DNA from: Candidatus Hydrothermales bacterium
GTDB taxonomy: Bacteria > Hydrothermota > Hydrothermia > Hydrothermales > JAJRUZ01
Length of the DNA: 60,363 nt
Assembly (NCBI GenBank): GCA_039630575.1
Contig: JBCNUW010000011.1
Coordinates: forward strand, 1 to 60,363
Reading direction: 5' to 3'
Both the position numbers and the translations under genes were made by a program. Shown here piece by piece: positions 18,231-27,885 of the stretch; position 1 is the first letter of the stretch; the number at the start of each line of letters is the position of its first letter. The notes beneath the pieces were generated by a model. That model saw only the letters and a program-made list of their open reading frames with translations, was not told the origin of the DNA and made no database searches.

Positions 18231-19422
18231 ACTTTACTTCTCTAAACTTCTTTATTCCTTCTAAGAAGATGTTTAATGCGAGTTCCAATTTAGATGAATT
18301 TAAAACAAAAGCAATTCTCACTTCTGTTTCACCTTTACCTTTTGTCACATAGAAACCGTTTCCTGGTGCTACCATGGTTGTTTTTTTATTGATTTCAAAT
18401 TCGCTTAATAGAAAACAGGTAAACTGGTCACTGTTTATACTTTTGAGGTCAACCATAGTATAAAAGGCTCCTTGAGGCTCAAAGGTAAAAATTAGATCAG
18501 AATTTAAAAGGATTTTCATAGATTTTTCTATTCTTCTCTCATACTCCTCTTTAGCTTCTTCAATAAATCTATCCTCCTTATTTATTACTTCAGCACAGGC
18601 ATACTGTTCAATAATTGGGGCGGATAATCTGGCTTGCAATAGTTTTAAAATATTTTCTCTTAAAGTTTTATTTCTTGTCACAATACATCCAATCCTTGCG
18701 CCACATAAGGAATATCTCTTTGATACCGAATCAGCTACGATTCCAAAATCAGAAGCTTCTTCAAATTCTAAAATAGAATAATGTTTATGACCGCGGTAAA
18801 CAAACTCTCTGTAGACCTCATCGGCTATTATAAAGAGTTTATGTTTTTTTGCAAGTCTTATAAGCATTTCAATTTCTTCCCTTGAATAAACTTTACCGGT
18901 AGGATTGTTGGGATTTGCATAAACGATGGCTCTTGTTCTTGAATTTATATATTTCTTTATCTCTTTTTCTGAAGGAAGTCTGAAATTATCTTTTATAAAG
19001 GTAGGTACAGGAACAAGTTTAACACCTGCGATTCTTGCAAAGGTATTGTAATTTGTGTAAAATGGTTCAAAAACAATTATTTCTTTTCCTTCATCAGCAA
19101 CACTAAAAAAGGAAAAAATTAAAGCTTCGCTCCCCGCAGTTGTTATCATCACATCATCAGGAGAAATATTATATCCTTTTCTTTTATAATAATTATACCA
19201 TGCTTCTTTTAGCTCAGGTATGCCATCTGAAGGTCCATAACCGATTATTTCCTTATCAAACTCTCTTATTGCCTTAAAAAAAGTCTCAGGAGCTTTTATA
19301 TCAGGCTCACCAATGTTCAAATGAAAAACTTCAATCCCTCTTTTTTTTGCTTCAATTGCGTAGGGATAAAATTTTCTTATTGGAGAATATTGAGCTAATC
19401 GAACTCTCTTTGATATTCTCAT
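18217..19422 (-). CDS. PLP-dependent aminotransferase class I/II
   Basis: HLNIGEPD, NPNNPTG, DEVYREF, SVSKRYSLCGARIG. Confidence 0.93.
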   Translation of the reverse strand: MRISKRVRLAQYSPIRKFYPYAIEAKKRGIEVFHLNIGEPDIKAPETFFKAIREFDKEIIGYGPSDGIPELKEAWYNYYKRKGYNISPDDVMITTAGSEALIFSFFSVADEGKEIIVFEPFYTNYNTFARIAGVKLVPVPTFIKDNFRLPSEKEIKKYINSRTRAIVYANPNNPTGKVYSREEIEMLIRLAKKHKLFIIADEVYREFVYRGHKHYSILEFEEASDFGIVADSVSKRYSLCGARIGCIVTRNKTLRENILKLLQARLSAPIIEQYACAEVINKEDRFIEEAKEEYERRIEKSMKILLNSDLIFTFEPQGAFYTMVDLKSINSDQFTCFLLSEFEINKKTTMVAPGNGFYVTKGKGETEVRIAFVLNSSKLELALNIFLEGIKKFREVKYEKT

Positions 19423-19454
19423 TGCAATAATTTAAAAAGATAGGAATCGAACCA

Positions 19455-19769
19455 TTATAGGGATTTTAAATGCTTTTTAAGTGATTCTATTTTATCAGTA
19501 GGCTTTACATCCTTATCTCTTCTTTCATCAATTTTAATGATGGTTGAAACCCTTTTTGCTCCCATCTTAAACATCTCTTCTTGCATTTCAATAATTGCTT
19601 CAAATATTTTTTGTTTATCACCATAAAGAATAGTAAACATAGGATCTGTATCATGCTCTATATCTTTATACTTTTCAAGAACCTTTAAAGCTTGTGCAAC
19701 AAACTCAGACAGGGAAGTTGATCCAGTGCCAATAGGGGTAATACTTATAGCCGCAATTACTTTTTTCAT
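19455..19769 (-). CDS. MTH1187/YkoF-like thiamine-binding family protein
   Basis: ISITPIGT..TSLSEFVA, PMFT, RVSTIIKIDERRDK. Confidence 0.9.
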   Translation of the reverse strand: MKKVIAAISITPIGTGSTSLSEFVAQALKVLEKYKDIEHDTDPMFTILYGDKQKIFEAIIEMQEEMFKMGAKRVSTIIKIDERRDKDVKPTDKIESLKKHLKSL

Positions 19770-19808
19770 ATAAAGATTATAATTCTAAAAGATTAATAAA
19801 GCAAATTA

Positions 19809-20165
19809 CTATTTTTCTTCCTTTTCTCCTTCTATAGGTAAAAGAGGAGAAGTTTCCTCTTTGGGAGCTTCTTCAGAGAAAAGGGGGACTAATTCAAAAA
19901 CATTACCTCTATTTAAAACTTCCCTTTTTTCAGGAAAGCTTGCTTTTGATGTTAATGCTATTAGTATTGCAAGTAGCCCAATGAAAGCTCCAAGACCCCA
20001 TGTTAATTTCTGAAAAAAAGTCGGAGCACCTCTTACTCCAAGAAAATCCTGAGCACTTCCACCCAAAAAGGCCCCAATACCTCTTCCTCTGGGTTGCTGA
20101 ACAAGTATTACAGCTATAAGAATTATTACCAAAAGAACATGTAAAAAAATCAAAAAGCCAATCAT
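19809..20165 (-). CDS. secG: Preprotein translocase subunit SecG
   Basis: ILVQQPRGRGIGAFLGG...FFQKLT; located downstream of tpiA. Confidence 0.92.
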   Translation of the reverse strand: MIGFLIFLHVLLVIILIAVILVQQPRGRGIGAFLGGSAQDFLGVRGAPTFFQKLTWGLGAFIGLLAILIALTSKASFPEKREVLNRGNVFELVPLFSEEAPKEETSPLLPIEGEKEEK

Positions 20166-20926
20166 TTTGTATATTTTAAGGCTATTTTGACAAGTTTTGC
20201 AAAAGTATCACCACTTAAAGAGGATCCTCCTACAAGACCACCTGAGATTTCCTCAAAGCAAACAAGAGAATCAAAATTTTCAGGTGTAATACTCCCGCCA
20301 TAAAGAACTTTTATTTCAGAATCAAATTTTTCTTTAATTAATTTTATAATAAACCTGTGAGCAGAAAGAGCTTGATCACTTGTTGCAACTCTACCAGTTC
20401 CGATTGCCCAAACTGGTTCATAGGCAACTTTTATTTTGTTTAACTTCTTTTTTTCGAGAAATTTAAAACCACTTAATATTTGATTTTCAATAACTTTTTC
20501 AGTTTCACCTTTTTCCCTTTCCTCAAGTGTTTCTCCAACACAGAAAACAACTTCAAAATCTTGTTCTAATGCCTTTTTTAATTTTCTTTGAAGAATTTCT
20601 TCATCCTCCTTAAATATTTTCCTTCTTTCTGAGTGTCCTATAATTACAGATTTTATTTCCAAATCTTTTAGATGTAGTGGAGAAATTTCTCCTGTAAAGG
20701 CTCCTTTTTCTTCATAAAACACATTTTGAGCACCAATTTCAATTTCAGTTCCTGAAAACACTTTTTTTGCGTAAAAAAGATGGGTAAAGGGTACAAAGAT
20801 CTTAATTTCAACATTCTCTTTATTCTCTACACTTTCTTTATAAACTTTAAAAAATTCCCTTTTCCATTTTCTTATGTCCTCTTTAAGCATATTCATCTTC
20901 CAATTAGCAAAGATAAACTTTTTCAT
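20162..20926 (-). CDS. tpiA: Triosephosphate isomerase
   Basis: NWKMN, GAFTGEIS, GHSERR, AYEPVWAIGTG, YGGS. Confidence 0.97.
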   Translation of the reverse strand: MKKFIFANWKMNMLKEDIRKWKREFFKVYKESVENKENVEIKIFVPFTHLFYAKKVFSGTEIEIGAQNVFYEEKGAFTGEISPLHLKDLEIKSVIIGHSERRKIFKEDEEILQRKLKKALEQDFEVVFCVGETLEEREKGETEKVIENQILSGFKFLEKKKLNKIKVAYEPVWAIGTGRVATSDQALSAHRFIIKLIKEKFDSEIKVLYGGSITPENFDSLVCFEEISGGLVGGSSLSGDTFAKLVKIALKYTK

Positions 20927-20931
20927 AAGTT

Positions 20932-21543
20932 TTAACCTCCTTTTAAAATAGATTTTATTGGTTCAAAAGTTTTTCTATGTAAAGGTGAAATTCCTATCTT
21001 TTTTATCATATCAACATGAAAGTCAGAGTAATAACCTTTATTTATATCAAATCTATATTCAGGATACATTTCACTGATTGCTTCCATCCATCTGTCCCTT
21101 GTGACTTTAGCAATTATACTTGCTCCAGCTATTACATCAATTCTCCTATCTCCCTTTATAAGAGCTATCTGTCTTATCTTTAAATTCTTAACTTTAAAAC
21201 CATCTACAAGGACTAAATCTGGTCTTATAGGTAAATTTTCTATAGCTTTTTTTATCACAGTAAAATTTGCATTCTGAATTCCCAAATTATCAATCTCTTC
21301 AGGAAAAACAAATGATATTCCGAATTTAATATTCTTTTCTAATAATCTGTCAAGAATTTTTTCTCTTGCTTCAGGTTTTAATAGTTTTGAATCCTTAACA
21401 AACAAAATATTTGTATCTTCTGGTATGTACAAGGCACAAGCAACTATGGGGCCTGCAAGAGAGCCTCTTCCTGCTTCATCAACTCCCACTGGTCTTTTTG
21501 GATTTACACCTACTCTCTCTAAGAATTTATAAACATTTTCCAA
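20932..21543 (-). CDS. rnhB: Ribonuclease HII
   Basis: GVDEAGRG, DSK, KGD, ASIIAKVTRD, HRKTF. Confidence 0.95.
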   Translation of the reverse strand: MENVYKFLERVGVNPKRPVGVDEAGRGSLAGPIVACALYIPEDTNILFVKDSKLLKPEAREKILDRLLEKNIKFGISFVFPEEIDNLGIQNANFTVIKKAIENLPIRPDLVLVDGFKVKNLKIRQIALIKGDRRIDVIAGASIIAKVTRDRWMEAISEMYPEYRFDINKGYYSDFHVDMIKKIGISPLHRKTFEPIKSILKGG

Positions 21544-21544
21544 C

Positions 21545-21919
21545 TTATTTTAGCTCTTTTATTTTAGCTTTCTTACCTTTCTTGCCTCTTATCCAGAATA
21601 TCTTTGCCTTTCTCACTTTTCCCCTTTTCAAGACCTCTACCTTCTCAATAAAAGGAGAATGAACTAAAAAAGTTCTTTCCACACCAATCCCCTGGGTAAC
21701 TCTTCTTACTGTGAAAGTTTCAGATAGTCCCGAACCTCTTCTTTCGAGAACAATTCCTTCAAAAGGCTGAATTCTTGTTTTTTCAACCATCTTTTTTGTC
21801 TTAGGATCTTCCTTAAGTTCTGTTATTTTTACATGAACCCTAACAGTATCACCTGCTTTAAATTCAGGAACATCCTTTTTCAAAAATTTCTCCTCTACTT
21901 TTTTCAAAAGGGTTTTCAT
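21545..21919 (-). CDS. rplS: 50S ribosomal protein L19
   Basis: F..GDTVRV, FEG, TFTVR, GVERTF, GKVR.AK. Confidence 0.97.
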   Translation of the reverse strand: MKTLLKKVEEKFLKKDVPEFKAGDTVRVHVKITELKEDPKTKKMVEKTRIQPFEGIVLERRGSGLSETFTVRRVTQGIGVERTFLVHSPFIEKVEVLKRGKVRKAKIFWIRGKKGKKAKIKELK

Positions 21920-21970
21920 CTTAGTTTGAGTATTTGAAAAGGAGAATAGAACTCCCTTTTAGAAAAACTA

Positions 21971-22699
21971 TTATATTTTCTTTTTTAATTCATTTTCAAT
22001 TTCCCTTAAAAGTAATTTATCCTCCTCTGAAAGTTCAACTTTATCAAGAAGATCTTTTCTTTTAAGTAGTGTTTCTTTTAGGGACTCCTTTTTTAAGTAT
22101 CTTTTTATTTCAGCATGATTTCCCGAGAACAGAATTGTTGGAACTTTTTTACCTTCAAATTCTCGTGGCTTAGTATAAACTGGGTAACCTAATATCCCCT
22201 TTTCAAATGAGTCTTCTTCTCTTGAGTCTATTTCACCCATTGAACCAGGTAGAAGTCTTGAAATGGTGTCTATTATAACATAGGCAGCTGGTTCTCCTCC
22301 TGATAACACATAATCACCGATAGATATTTCTGCATCCACATAACTTCTTATCCTTTCGTCTATTCCCTTATATCTTCCGCATATAAGCACAATACTTTCA
22401 TTTTTTAAGAGAGAGTGAACTAATTTTTGGTTTAAGATTTCACCACGTGCGTCAAGCAAAATTTTAAGGGCATTCTCCTCTATGCTTCTCAATGCTTTTA
22501 CTACAACATCTACCCTAATAACCATACCTCCACCGCCACCATAGGGTCTATCATCAACTTCTTTTGGGCCTTCGGCAAACTTTCTTATATCTATTGCTTT
22601 TAATCTTAGCGAATCTGAAAGAATTGCTCTTTTTATTGGACCAAACTCTTTTATTTTTTCAAAGAAGTCAGGAAAAAGGGTAATTACATATATATTCAT
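21971..22699 (-). CDS. trmD: tRNA (guanine-N1)-methyltransferase
   Basis: ITLFP, VDDRPYGGGGGM, CGRYKGIDER, SIGDYVLSGGE. Confidence 0.97.
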   Translation of the reverse strand: MNIYVITLFPDFFEKIKEFGPIKRAILSDSLRLKAIDIRKFAEGPKEVDDRPYGGGGGMVIRVDVVVKALRSIEENALKILLDARGEILNQKLVHSLLKNESIVLICGRYKGIDERIRSYVDAEISIGDYVLSGGEPAAYVIIDTISRLLPGSMGEIDSREEDSFEKGILGYPVYTKPREFEGKKVPTILFSGNHAEIKRYLKKESLKETLLKRKDLLDKVELSEEDKLLLREIENELKKKI

Positions 22700-23190
22700 T
22701 ATTCAATCAAACATTTTGAATCTACCTTTATAATTTTTTCTCCTTCGTTTATTTCTTTAACATATTTATCTACCCATGGAATTATGTACTCTTTACCCAT
22801 ATCTGACTTAATATAGATTCTTTTAAGAAATTCTGTTTCCTCGATAAAAAAGACAACTCCCAAGTAGCCTAAAGCTATATCATAAACTTTAAAATTAATT
22901 AGATTTTCTCTTTTTTTCTTAATGTTAAAGTTTTTTTTAATGTAAATTATAGTTCCTTTTAGAGATTCTGCTTTATCTTTTGAATCTATTTTTTTGAAGG
23001 AGATTATAAAAGATTTTCCCCCGCGTCTTTCAAAACTTTCTAGCTCAAAGTATCTTTCTTCGCCTTTATAAACAAAATAAAAATTTTTATATTTTTGTAA
23101 TACACTCTCATCTTCAACTAGAAGTCTTGCAAAAAGTTTACCATCTTTTCCGTAACTTTTTTGAATTTTTAAAATTGGAACTTTTTGCAC
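22699..23190 (-). CDS. rimM: Ribosome maturation factor RimM
   Basis: Synteny rpsP-KH-rimM-trmD-rplS; AESLKG, LG.V, IIP.V..YVKEI motifs. Confidence 0.88.
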   Translation of the reverse strand: MQKVPILKIQKSYGKDGKLFARLLVEDESVLQKYKNFYFVYKGEERYFELESFERRGGKSFIISFKKIDSKDKAESLKGTIIYIKKNFNIKKKRENLINFKVYDIALGYLGVVFFIEETEFLKRIYIKSDMGKEYIIPWVDKYVKEINEGEKIIKVDSKCLIE

Positions 23191-23195
23191 TAAAA

Positions 23196-23468
23196 TTAAA
23201 TAGCACTACCGGAACCAGGTTCTATAATATCAAGAAGAGCTCTTTTTCCTTTCTTGGCACCCACTGCACTTACTAAAGTTCTAAGTGCTTGGGCAGTTCT
23301 TCCACCCTTACCAATTATTTTTCCGACATCTGTAGGTCTTACTCTAAGTTCATATATAACAGCCCTTTCTCCTGCCACTTCTTTTACTTCCACAGAATTT
23401 GGCTCATCAACAAGATGTTTAACGATATACTCTATTAGATCCTTAAGTTCAACTTGTGATTCTTTCAT
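23196..23468 (-). CDS. khpA: KH-domain RNA-binding protein KhpA
   Basis: LVDEP, DVGKIIGKGGRTAQALR; GGAGG SD. Confidence 0.93.
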   Translation of the reverse strand: MKESQVELKDLIEYIVKHLVDEPNSVEVKEVAGERAVIYELRVRPTDVGKIIGKGGRTAQALRTLVSAVGAKKGKRALLDIIEPGSGSAI

Positions 23469-23526
23469 TTTTTAACCTCCACCTAAACCAAATTACAGGG
23501 GCTTGAACCCAGTATCCACATCTGTT

Positions 23527-23778
23527 TTAGGAAGACGCGGGGGATTCTTTTTTTGCTCTCCTTATAAGTGATTGTACCCTATCAGTTGGTTTTGCACCTT
23601 TTTTTATCCAACTGTTAAATTTATCAAGGTCAATTTTAAAATCCGCGTCTCTTCTAGGGTCATAATGTCCTAAAATATCAATCATTTTACCTTCTCTTTT
23701 ACTTCTTGAATCCATTACCACAATACGGTATCTTGGTTCCTTATTTTTTCCAAACCGAGCAAGTCTTATTTTTAGCAT
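23527..23778 (-). CDS. rpsP: 30S ribosomal protein S16
   Basis: MLKIRLARFG, P.YRIVV.DSR, LGHYDP, GAKPT. Confidence 0.98.
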   Translation of the reverse strand: MLKIRLARFGKNKEPRYRIVVMDSRSKREGKMIDILGHYDPRRDADFKIDLDKFNSWIKKGAKPTDRVQSLIRRAKKESPASS

Positions 23779-24010
23779 TTAATTAATATAAGGTAAAAAA
23801 AATTAAATTTTCAAGTTTTTATTACGAAAAAATTTTAGTTTTAAGCTATCAATTAAAGCACTGTGCCCCAAAAATTTTTCAAGAAATCATATAAGGTAAG
23901 CATTAACAAATTTTGAACCAAAACAACTTAAAGGTATAAATGTAAGTTCTACATAACATAAAGACTATTACGTGAAAGCACTTATAAGTAATATCATTTT
24001 TTGAAAATTT

Positions 24011-25123
24011 TCAATAAACAAACTCTCTTATATCATAAACTGCTATCTTGGGTTTTACTTTAAAGGAAACGGAATTGAAGAATTCAATCTCCCTTTCAAT
24101 CTCAAGCTCCGAGACTCTTGATGGAAAAGAACCTTTAAAGGGATAATATGGTGAAAGATAAAGAATATCACCTCTATCAAAATTCACCTTCCTTAGGAGT
24201 TTCTCTGTCTCAATCTTATGTTCCTCCTCAAGATCACCTCCTATTCCAAGCAAAACAATTACACCAATAGAAATCCCAGCCTTTTTTAAATTCTCTGTTA
24301 ATAACAAAAACTCATCTGGATCAAAAGGCTTTTTAAGCCTATCTAAAAGTTCTTTACAACCTGACTCAAGACCAATGTATATCCTAAAAAGAGAAAAATT
24401 TCTAAGCTCTCTCCAGAAAGATAAAGACTTTTTATTACCAGCCCATACATCCAAAAAAGAAGATACTTTATCCAAATTCTTATAGCAAAAACTTCTTTTA
24501 ACAATCTCAATATACTCAAATATTTTATCCTCAGATAAAAGCAAAGCATCAGCATCACCCAAAAAAATATTTCTTCTTGTAAATATCCCCTTACCAAAAA
24601 TCTTCTTAACACTTTCAATATGGGAAATAAACTCATCCTTTTTTAAAACCCTAAACTTTTCTCCCTTGTAAAAATTACAGAAACTGCAAAGATTATAAGA
24701 ACATCCTTTTGTAAATTGAATATAAAGTGAAAGGTACATATCAGGAGGAACTATAGGCACCCTTCCGTATACTAATTTAAAATCATTTATCGTTTTTTTA
24801 AAGTTATTAAATCCCCTTTTTAAAAAATCCCTTAAAAATTCTCTATCCGAATTAAAATAATCATCCTCAAGAACACATTCTACCCTTTTATAAACTTTTT
24901 TCAGATAACTTAATGAACTATATCTTTTAATAATTTTTTTTGACCCTTTTCTAAACTTCAAAACTATCTCACCTGAAAGACCTACTCTTATTCCCTCTCC
25001 ACCGTAAAAAGAATAAAGCAATCTACCCTCACCATCAAAGAAAAAAAGAGAATTATCTCTACCTGTTATAACAACACCTTCCTCTTTAAAATTTACTGAT
25101 GGAAAAACTTCTTTAACACTCAA
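24011..25123 (-). CDS. Radical SAM protein of unknown function
   Basis: TKGCSYNLCSFC.FY, FLGDADA, YIGLESG. Start placed at TTG 25123, overlapping the nadE stop (TTGA). Confidence 0.85.
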   Translation of the reverse strand: MSVKEVFPSVNFKEEGVVITGRDNSLFFFDGEGRLLYSFYGGEGIRVGLSGEIVLKFRKGSKKIIKRYSSLSYLKKVYKRVECVLEDDYFNSDREFLRDFLKRGFNNFKKTINDFKLVYGRVPIVPPDMYLSLYIQFTKGCSYNLCSFCNFYKGEKFRVLKKDEFISHIESVKKIFGKGIFTRRNIFLGDADALLLSEDKIFEYIEIVKRSFCYKNLDKVSSFLDVWAGNKKSLSFWRELRNFSLFRIYIGLESGCKELLDRLKKPFDPDEFLLLTENLKKAGISIGVIVLLGIGGDLEEEHKIETEKLLRKVNFDRGDILYLSPYYPFKGSFPSRVSELEIEREIEFFNSVSFKVKPKIAVYDIREFVY

Positions 25124-25962
25124 AATCTCTCTACAGGATATTTCCAATCTTTATCAAGACACATCCTTGATATCTTTGTTATTGTAGGAGTTCTTCTTTT
25201 GTGCTCATTTTTAACTATTCTCTCGTAAAGATCATTTACCGCATATTCACTTATATTTAAAAAATCTGAAGTTTCCCTAACAGAAAGTTCAAGCTCAACA
25301 AGACAAAACAAAACTCTATCTATCTGATAATAAGTATAACCTATCTCTTCCTCATCTGTTTGACCTTTCCAAAGACCTGCCGATGGCTTCTTTTTAACTA
25401 TATCAGTAGGAATACTAACATACTCTGCAAGTTGCCAAACCTGAGTTTTATAAAGATCTCCAATTGGATATATATCTGCAGCTAAATCACCATACTTTGT
25501 CCCATAACCAAGTAAAAGCTCCGTTTTATTAGAAGTTCCAACAACAAGTAATTTCTTTGCATTAGCATAAAAATAAGCATAAATCATCCTCACCCTCGGT
25601 TTAAGATTTGTAATTCCCCATTCTATATCACCCTTTAAATTTCTCAAAGAACTCTCAAATGCTTTAAGTGGATCATTTATAGATATAACCTCATAACTAA
25701 TATTTAGCTCTTTACATAACTTTATAGCATCCTCCACATCCTCCTTAGGTGTTATACCTTCCTCTGGAAGAATCAAAGCATAAGTCCTTTCATTACCGAT
25801 AGCAACAGCTGTTAACTTTGTAACAAGAGAAGAATCTACTCCACCAGAAAGATTTATAACAGCTCCATTAAAATTAAACTTTTCAATCCTTTCCCTTATT
25901 GAATTACATATTGCCTTTTTAACAAGAGGAAGCTCCTCTTTTTTAAATTCAAGTTCTATCAT
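25120..25962 (-). CDS. nadE: NAD+ synthetase, synthetase subunit
   Basis: LSGGVDS, NLKPRVRM, GTSNKTE, GYGTKYGD, KPSAGLW.GQTDE, HKR; ATG 25962 with GAGGAG SD. Confidence 0.95.
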   Translation of the reverse strand: MIELEFKKEELPLVKKAICNSIRERIEKFNFNGAVINLSGGVDSSLVTKLTAVAIGNERTYALILPEEGITPKEDVEDAIKLCKELNISYEVISINDPLKAFESSLRNLKGDIEWGITNLKPRVRMIYAYFYANAKKLLVVGTSNKTELLLGYGTKYGDLAADIYPIGDLYKTQVWQLAEYVSIPTDIVKKKPSAGLWKGQTDEEEIGYTYYQIDRVLFCLVELELSVRETSDFLNISEYAVNDLYERIVKNEHKRRTPTITKISRMCLDKDWKYPVERF

Positions 25963-26785
25963 CTTCCATCTCCTCATAAGCTTTTATAAGCTCTTCTAAT
26001 ATCTCTCTTCTTAACTCCCTTAACCTTGTATCTCTCCTTCTCAACCTTTTACTCTCCTCTAAATCTACCTCTACGGTGATATAATCTTCTTCAAGAAGTT
26101 TTCCTGTCTTCAAAATCTTACCTCCTGCAGATACATACATAGAATAGCCCAGATAGGTAACTCCATCTTGACAACCTGCTTGGTTACAAAAAACAAAAGG
26201 TATAATGTTATCTCTTGCCCTCTGAATAAGAAAATTCTCCCAAATTTCTTTCTTAAACCTTTCAAAAGGTGAAGCTCCAAGCACAACAATTAAATCAGCA
26301 CCTTTTAATGCCATAACCCTTGAAGGTTCGGGAAACCATAAATCTTCGCAAATAAGAATGCCAATCTTAACATTACCTATATCAAATACAGGTAATTTTG
26401 AACCCCTTTTAAAATACCTTTTTTCGTCAAAAAGCCTGTAGTTCACCAACTGAACCTTTCGGTAATTTCCAACAATATTTTTTTTACTTATAAGACAAGC
26501 TGAATTGTAAAAAAACCCGTGACTATCTTTTTCAACATAACCAATAATTGAGTAAAAATCATCAATCTTTGCTTTTATCCTTTCTAAAGATTCTAAATTT
26601 TCATTAACTTTATCAAGATAGATATCACCACTTCCATAACCAAGGGTCGAAAGCTCAGGTGTTACAAATAAAGAGACTCTTTCTTTTTTTGCCAGCTCTA
26701 AAGCCTCTAAAATCTTTTCTTCATTTCCTTTAACATCACCAAGCTTAGTAGAAAGCTGTGCCAAAAATACCTTTAATTTTTTCAT
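25949..26785 (-). CDS. Carbon-nitrogen hydrolase; probable glutaminase subunit of NAD synthetase
   Basis: E-K-C triad (TPEL, YRK, ICEDLW) and NYRLFDEKRYF, typical of the NadE glutaminase domain; adjacent to nadE. Confidence 0.85.
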   Translation of the reverse strand: MKKLKVFLAQLSTKLGDVKGNEEKILEALELAKKERVSLFVTPELSTLGYGSGDIYLDKVNENLESLERIKAKIDDFYSIIGYVEKDSHGFFYNSACLISKKNIVGNYRKVQLVNYRLFDEKRYFKRGSKLPVFDIGNVKIGILICEDLWFPEPSRVMALKGADLIVVLGASPFERFKKEIWENFLIQRARDNIIPFVFCNQAGCQDGVTYLGYSMYVSAGGKILKTGKLLEEDYITVEVDLEESKRLRRRDTRLRELRREILEELIKAYEEMEDDRT

Positions 26786-27876
26786 AAACTTTCAAGAAAA
26801 TTAAAGAAAACCTCTTTAAGTTCATAAAGTGACTTTAAGTCTACCCATTCATCACTTCCATGAATTCCTCCCCCAACTCCATAAATCAACACAACAGGAA
26901 CACCTCTTTCAGCGAAAAAACGACCATCTGTTGCTCCGTATATCCTTCCAAACTCAACTCTTTTTTTAACTTTTTTAACAGCCTCAGAAAACTTCATCAA
27001 ATAGGGATTATCCCTTGGAGTATAAAAGGTCTCACCACTGCTTTTTACCTCCATCACTATTCCCTCTTTATCTTTTAAAAATTCTCTTATTTTTTCTTCA
27101 AATTCTCTCAACCTCCAAGGTGGAGGAAACCTGAAATCAAGTTCCATTTCTCCCTCTGAAGGAACTATATTAACAGCCTTTCCAGAACTTATTTTTCCAA
27201 GTGAAACAGTAATTTTCCAATTTGGTTCTTCCTCCTCACCCTTAAATGAATCAACCCAGATTTTATAATCTCTATAAAGATCAATTAACTTTTCTGCAGC
27301 ATTTTCACCCTCCCAAGGAGTAGAACCATGAGCTGATCTTCCTTTTGCTTTAAATTTGACATGTAATACACCCTTTCCCTCATTAATTATTTTAAAATCA
27401 AAACCTCCATCTGGAATTATTGCGAACTTTGGAATCAAATTCTTTTCCTTTACCCAAAATTCCACACCATCTTTGGAACCAACCTCCTCATCAGTTGTAA
27501 ACAAAAAAGAAACATCTTTTCTAATATTTCTTTCCATAAGTTCAAGAAAAAGAGTAATCATTGACGCACAAGATCCCTTCATATCAAAAGCACCTCTTCC
27601 ATAGACTCTACCGTTTTCTAAAGTAGGATTAAACTGATACTCATAATCTGCTGGAACAACATCAAGGTGACCTGCAAACAAAATTTCGGGATTATAGTTC
27701 TTTTCAAAAGCCAAAAAAATTGAAGGTTTACCATTAACCCTAACCTTTTCAACATAAATAGATTTATCCTTAAAAATTTCTTCAACATACTCTATAACCT
27801 CTTCAAGTGCTTTCAAATTATTGCTTTCAGATGGGATCCTTATAAGATCAAAAAGAATTCTCTTTAATCTATCCAA
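26782..27876 (-). CDS. M20 family metallo-hydrolase (ArgE/DapE-like)
   Basis: GHLDVVP, YGRGAFDMKG, DEEVG, AHGS.PW.G.NA, TDGRF, IHG.DE. Confidence 0.92.
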   Translation of the reverse strand: MDRLKRILFDLIRIPSESNNLKALEEVIEYVEEIFKDKSIYVEKVRVNGKPSIFLAFEKNYNPEILFAGHLDVVPADYEYQFNPTLENGRVYGRGAFDMKGSCASMITLFLELMERNIRKDVSFLFTTDEEVGSKDGVEFWVKEKNLIPKFAIIPDGGFDFKIINEGKGVLHVKFKAKGRSAHGSTPWEGENAAEKLIDLYRDYKIWVDSFKGEEEEPNWKITVSLGKISSGKAVNIVPSEGEMELDFRFPPPWRLREFEEKIREFLKDKEGIVMEVKSSGETFYTPRDNPYLMKFSEAVKKVKKRVEFGRIYGATDGRFFAERGVPVVLIYGVGGGIHGSDEWVDLKSLYELKEVFFNFLESL

Positions 27877-27885
27877 TTTTAATAA

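Noticed and set aside
23779..24010. 230-bp spacer as ncRNA or pseudogene (minus strand begins MILLISAFT then stops)
   Set aside because: No convincing structure or recognisable homology; may be decayed sequence, but this cannot be supported.
25949..25977. Programmed frameshift fusing glutaminase and NadE
   Set aside because: No slippery site seen, and nadE has its own GAGGAG SD and ATG.
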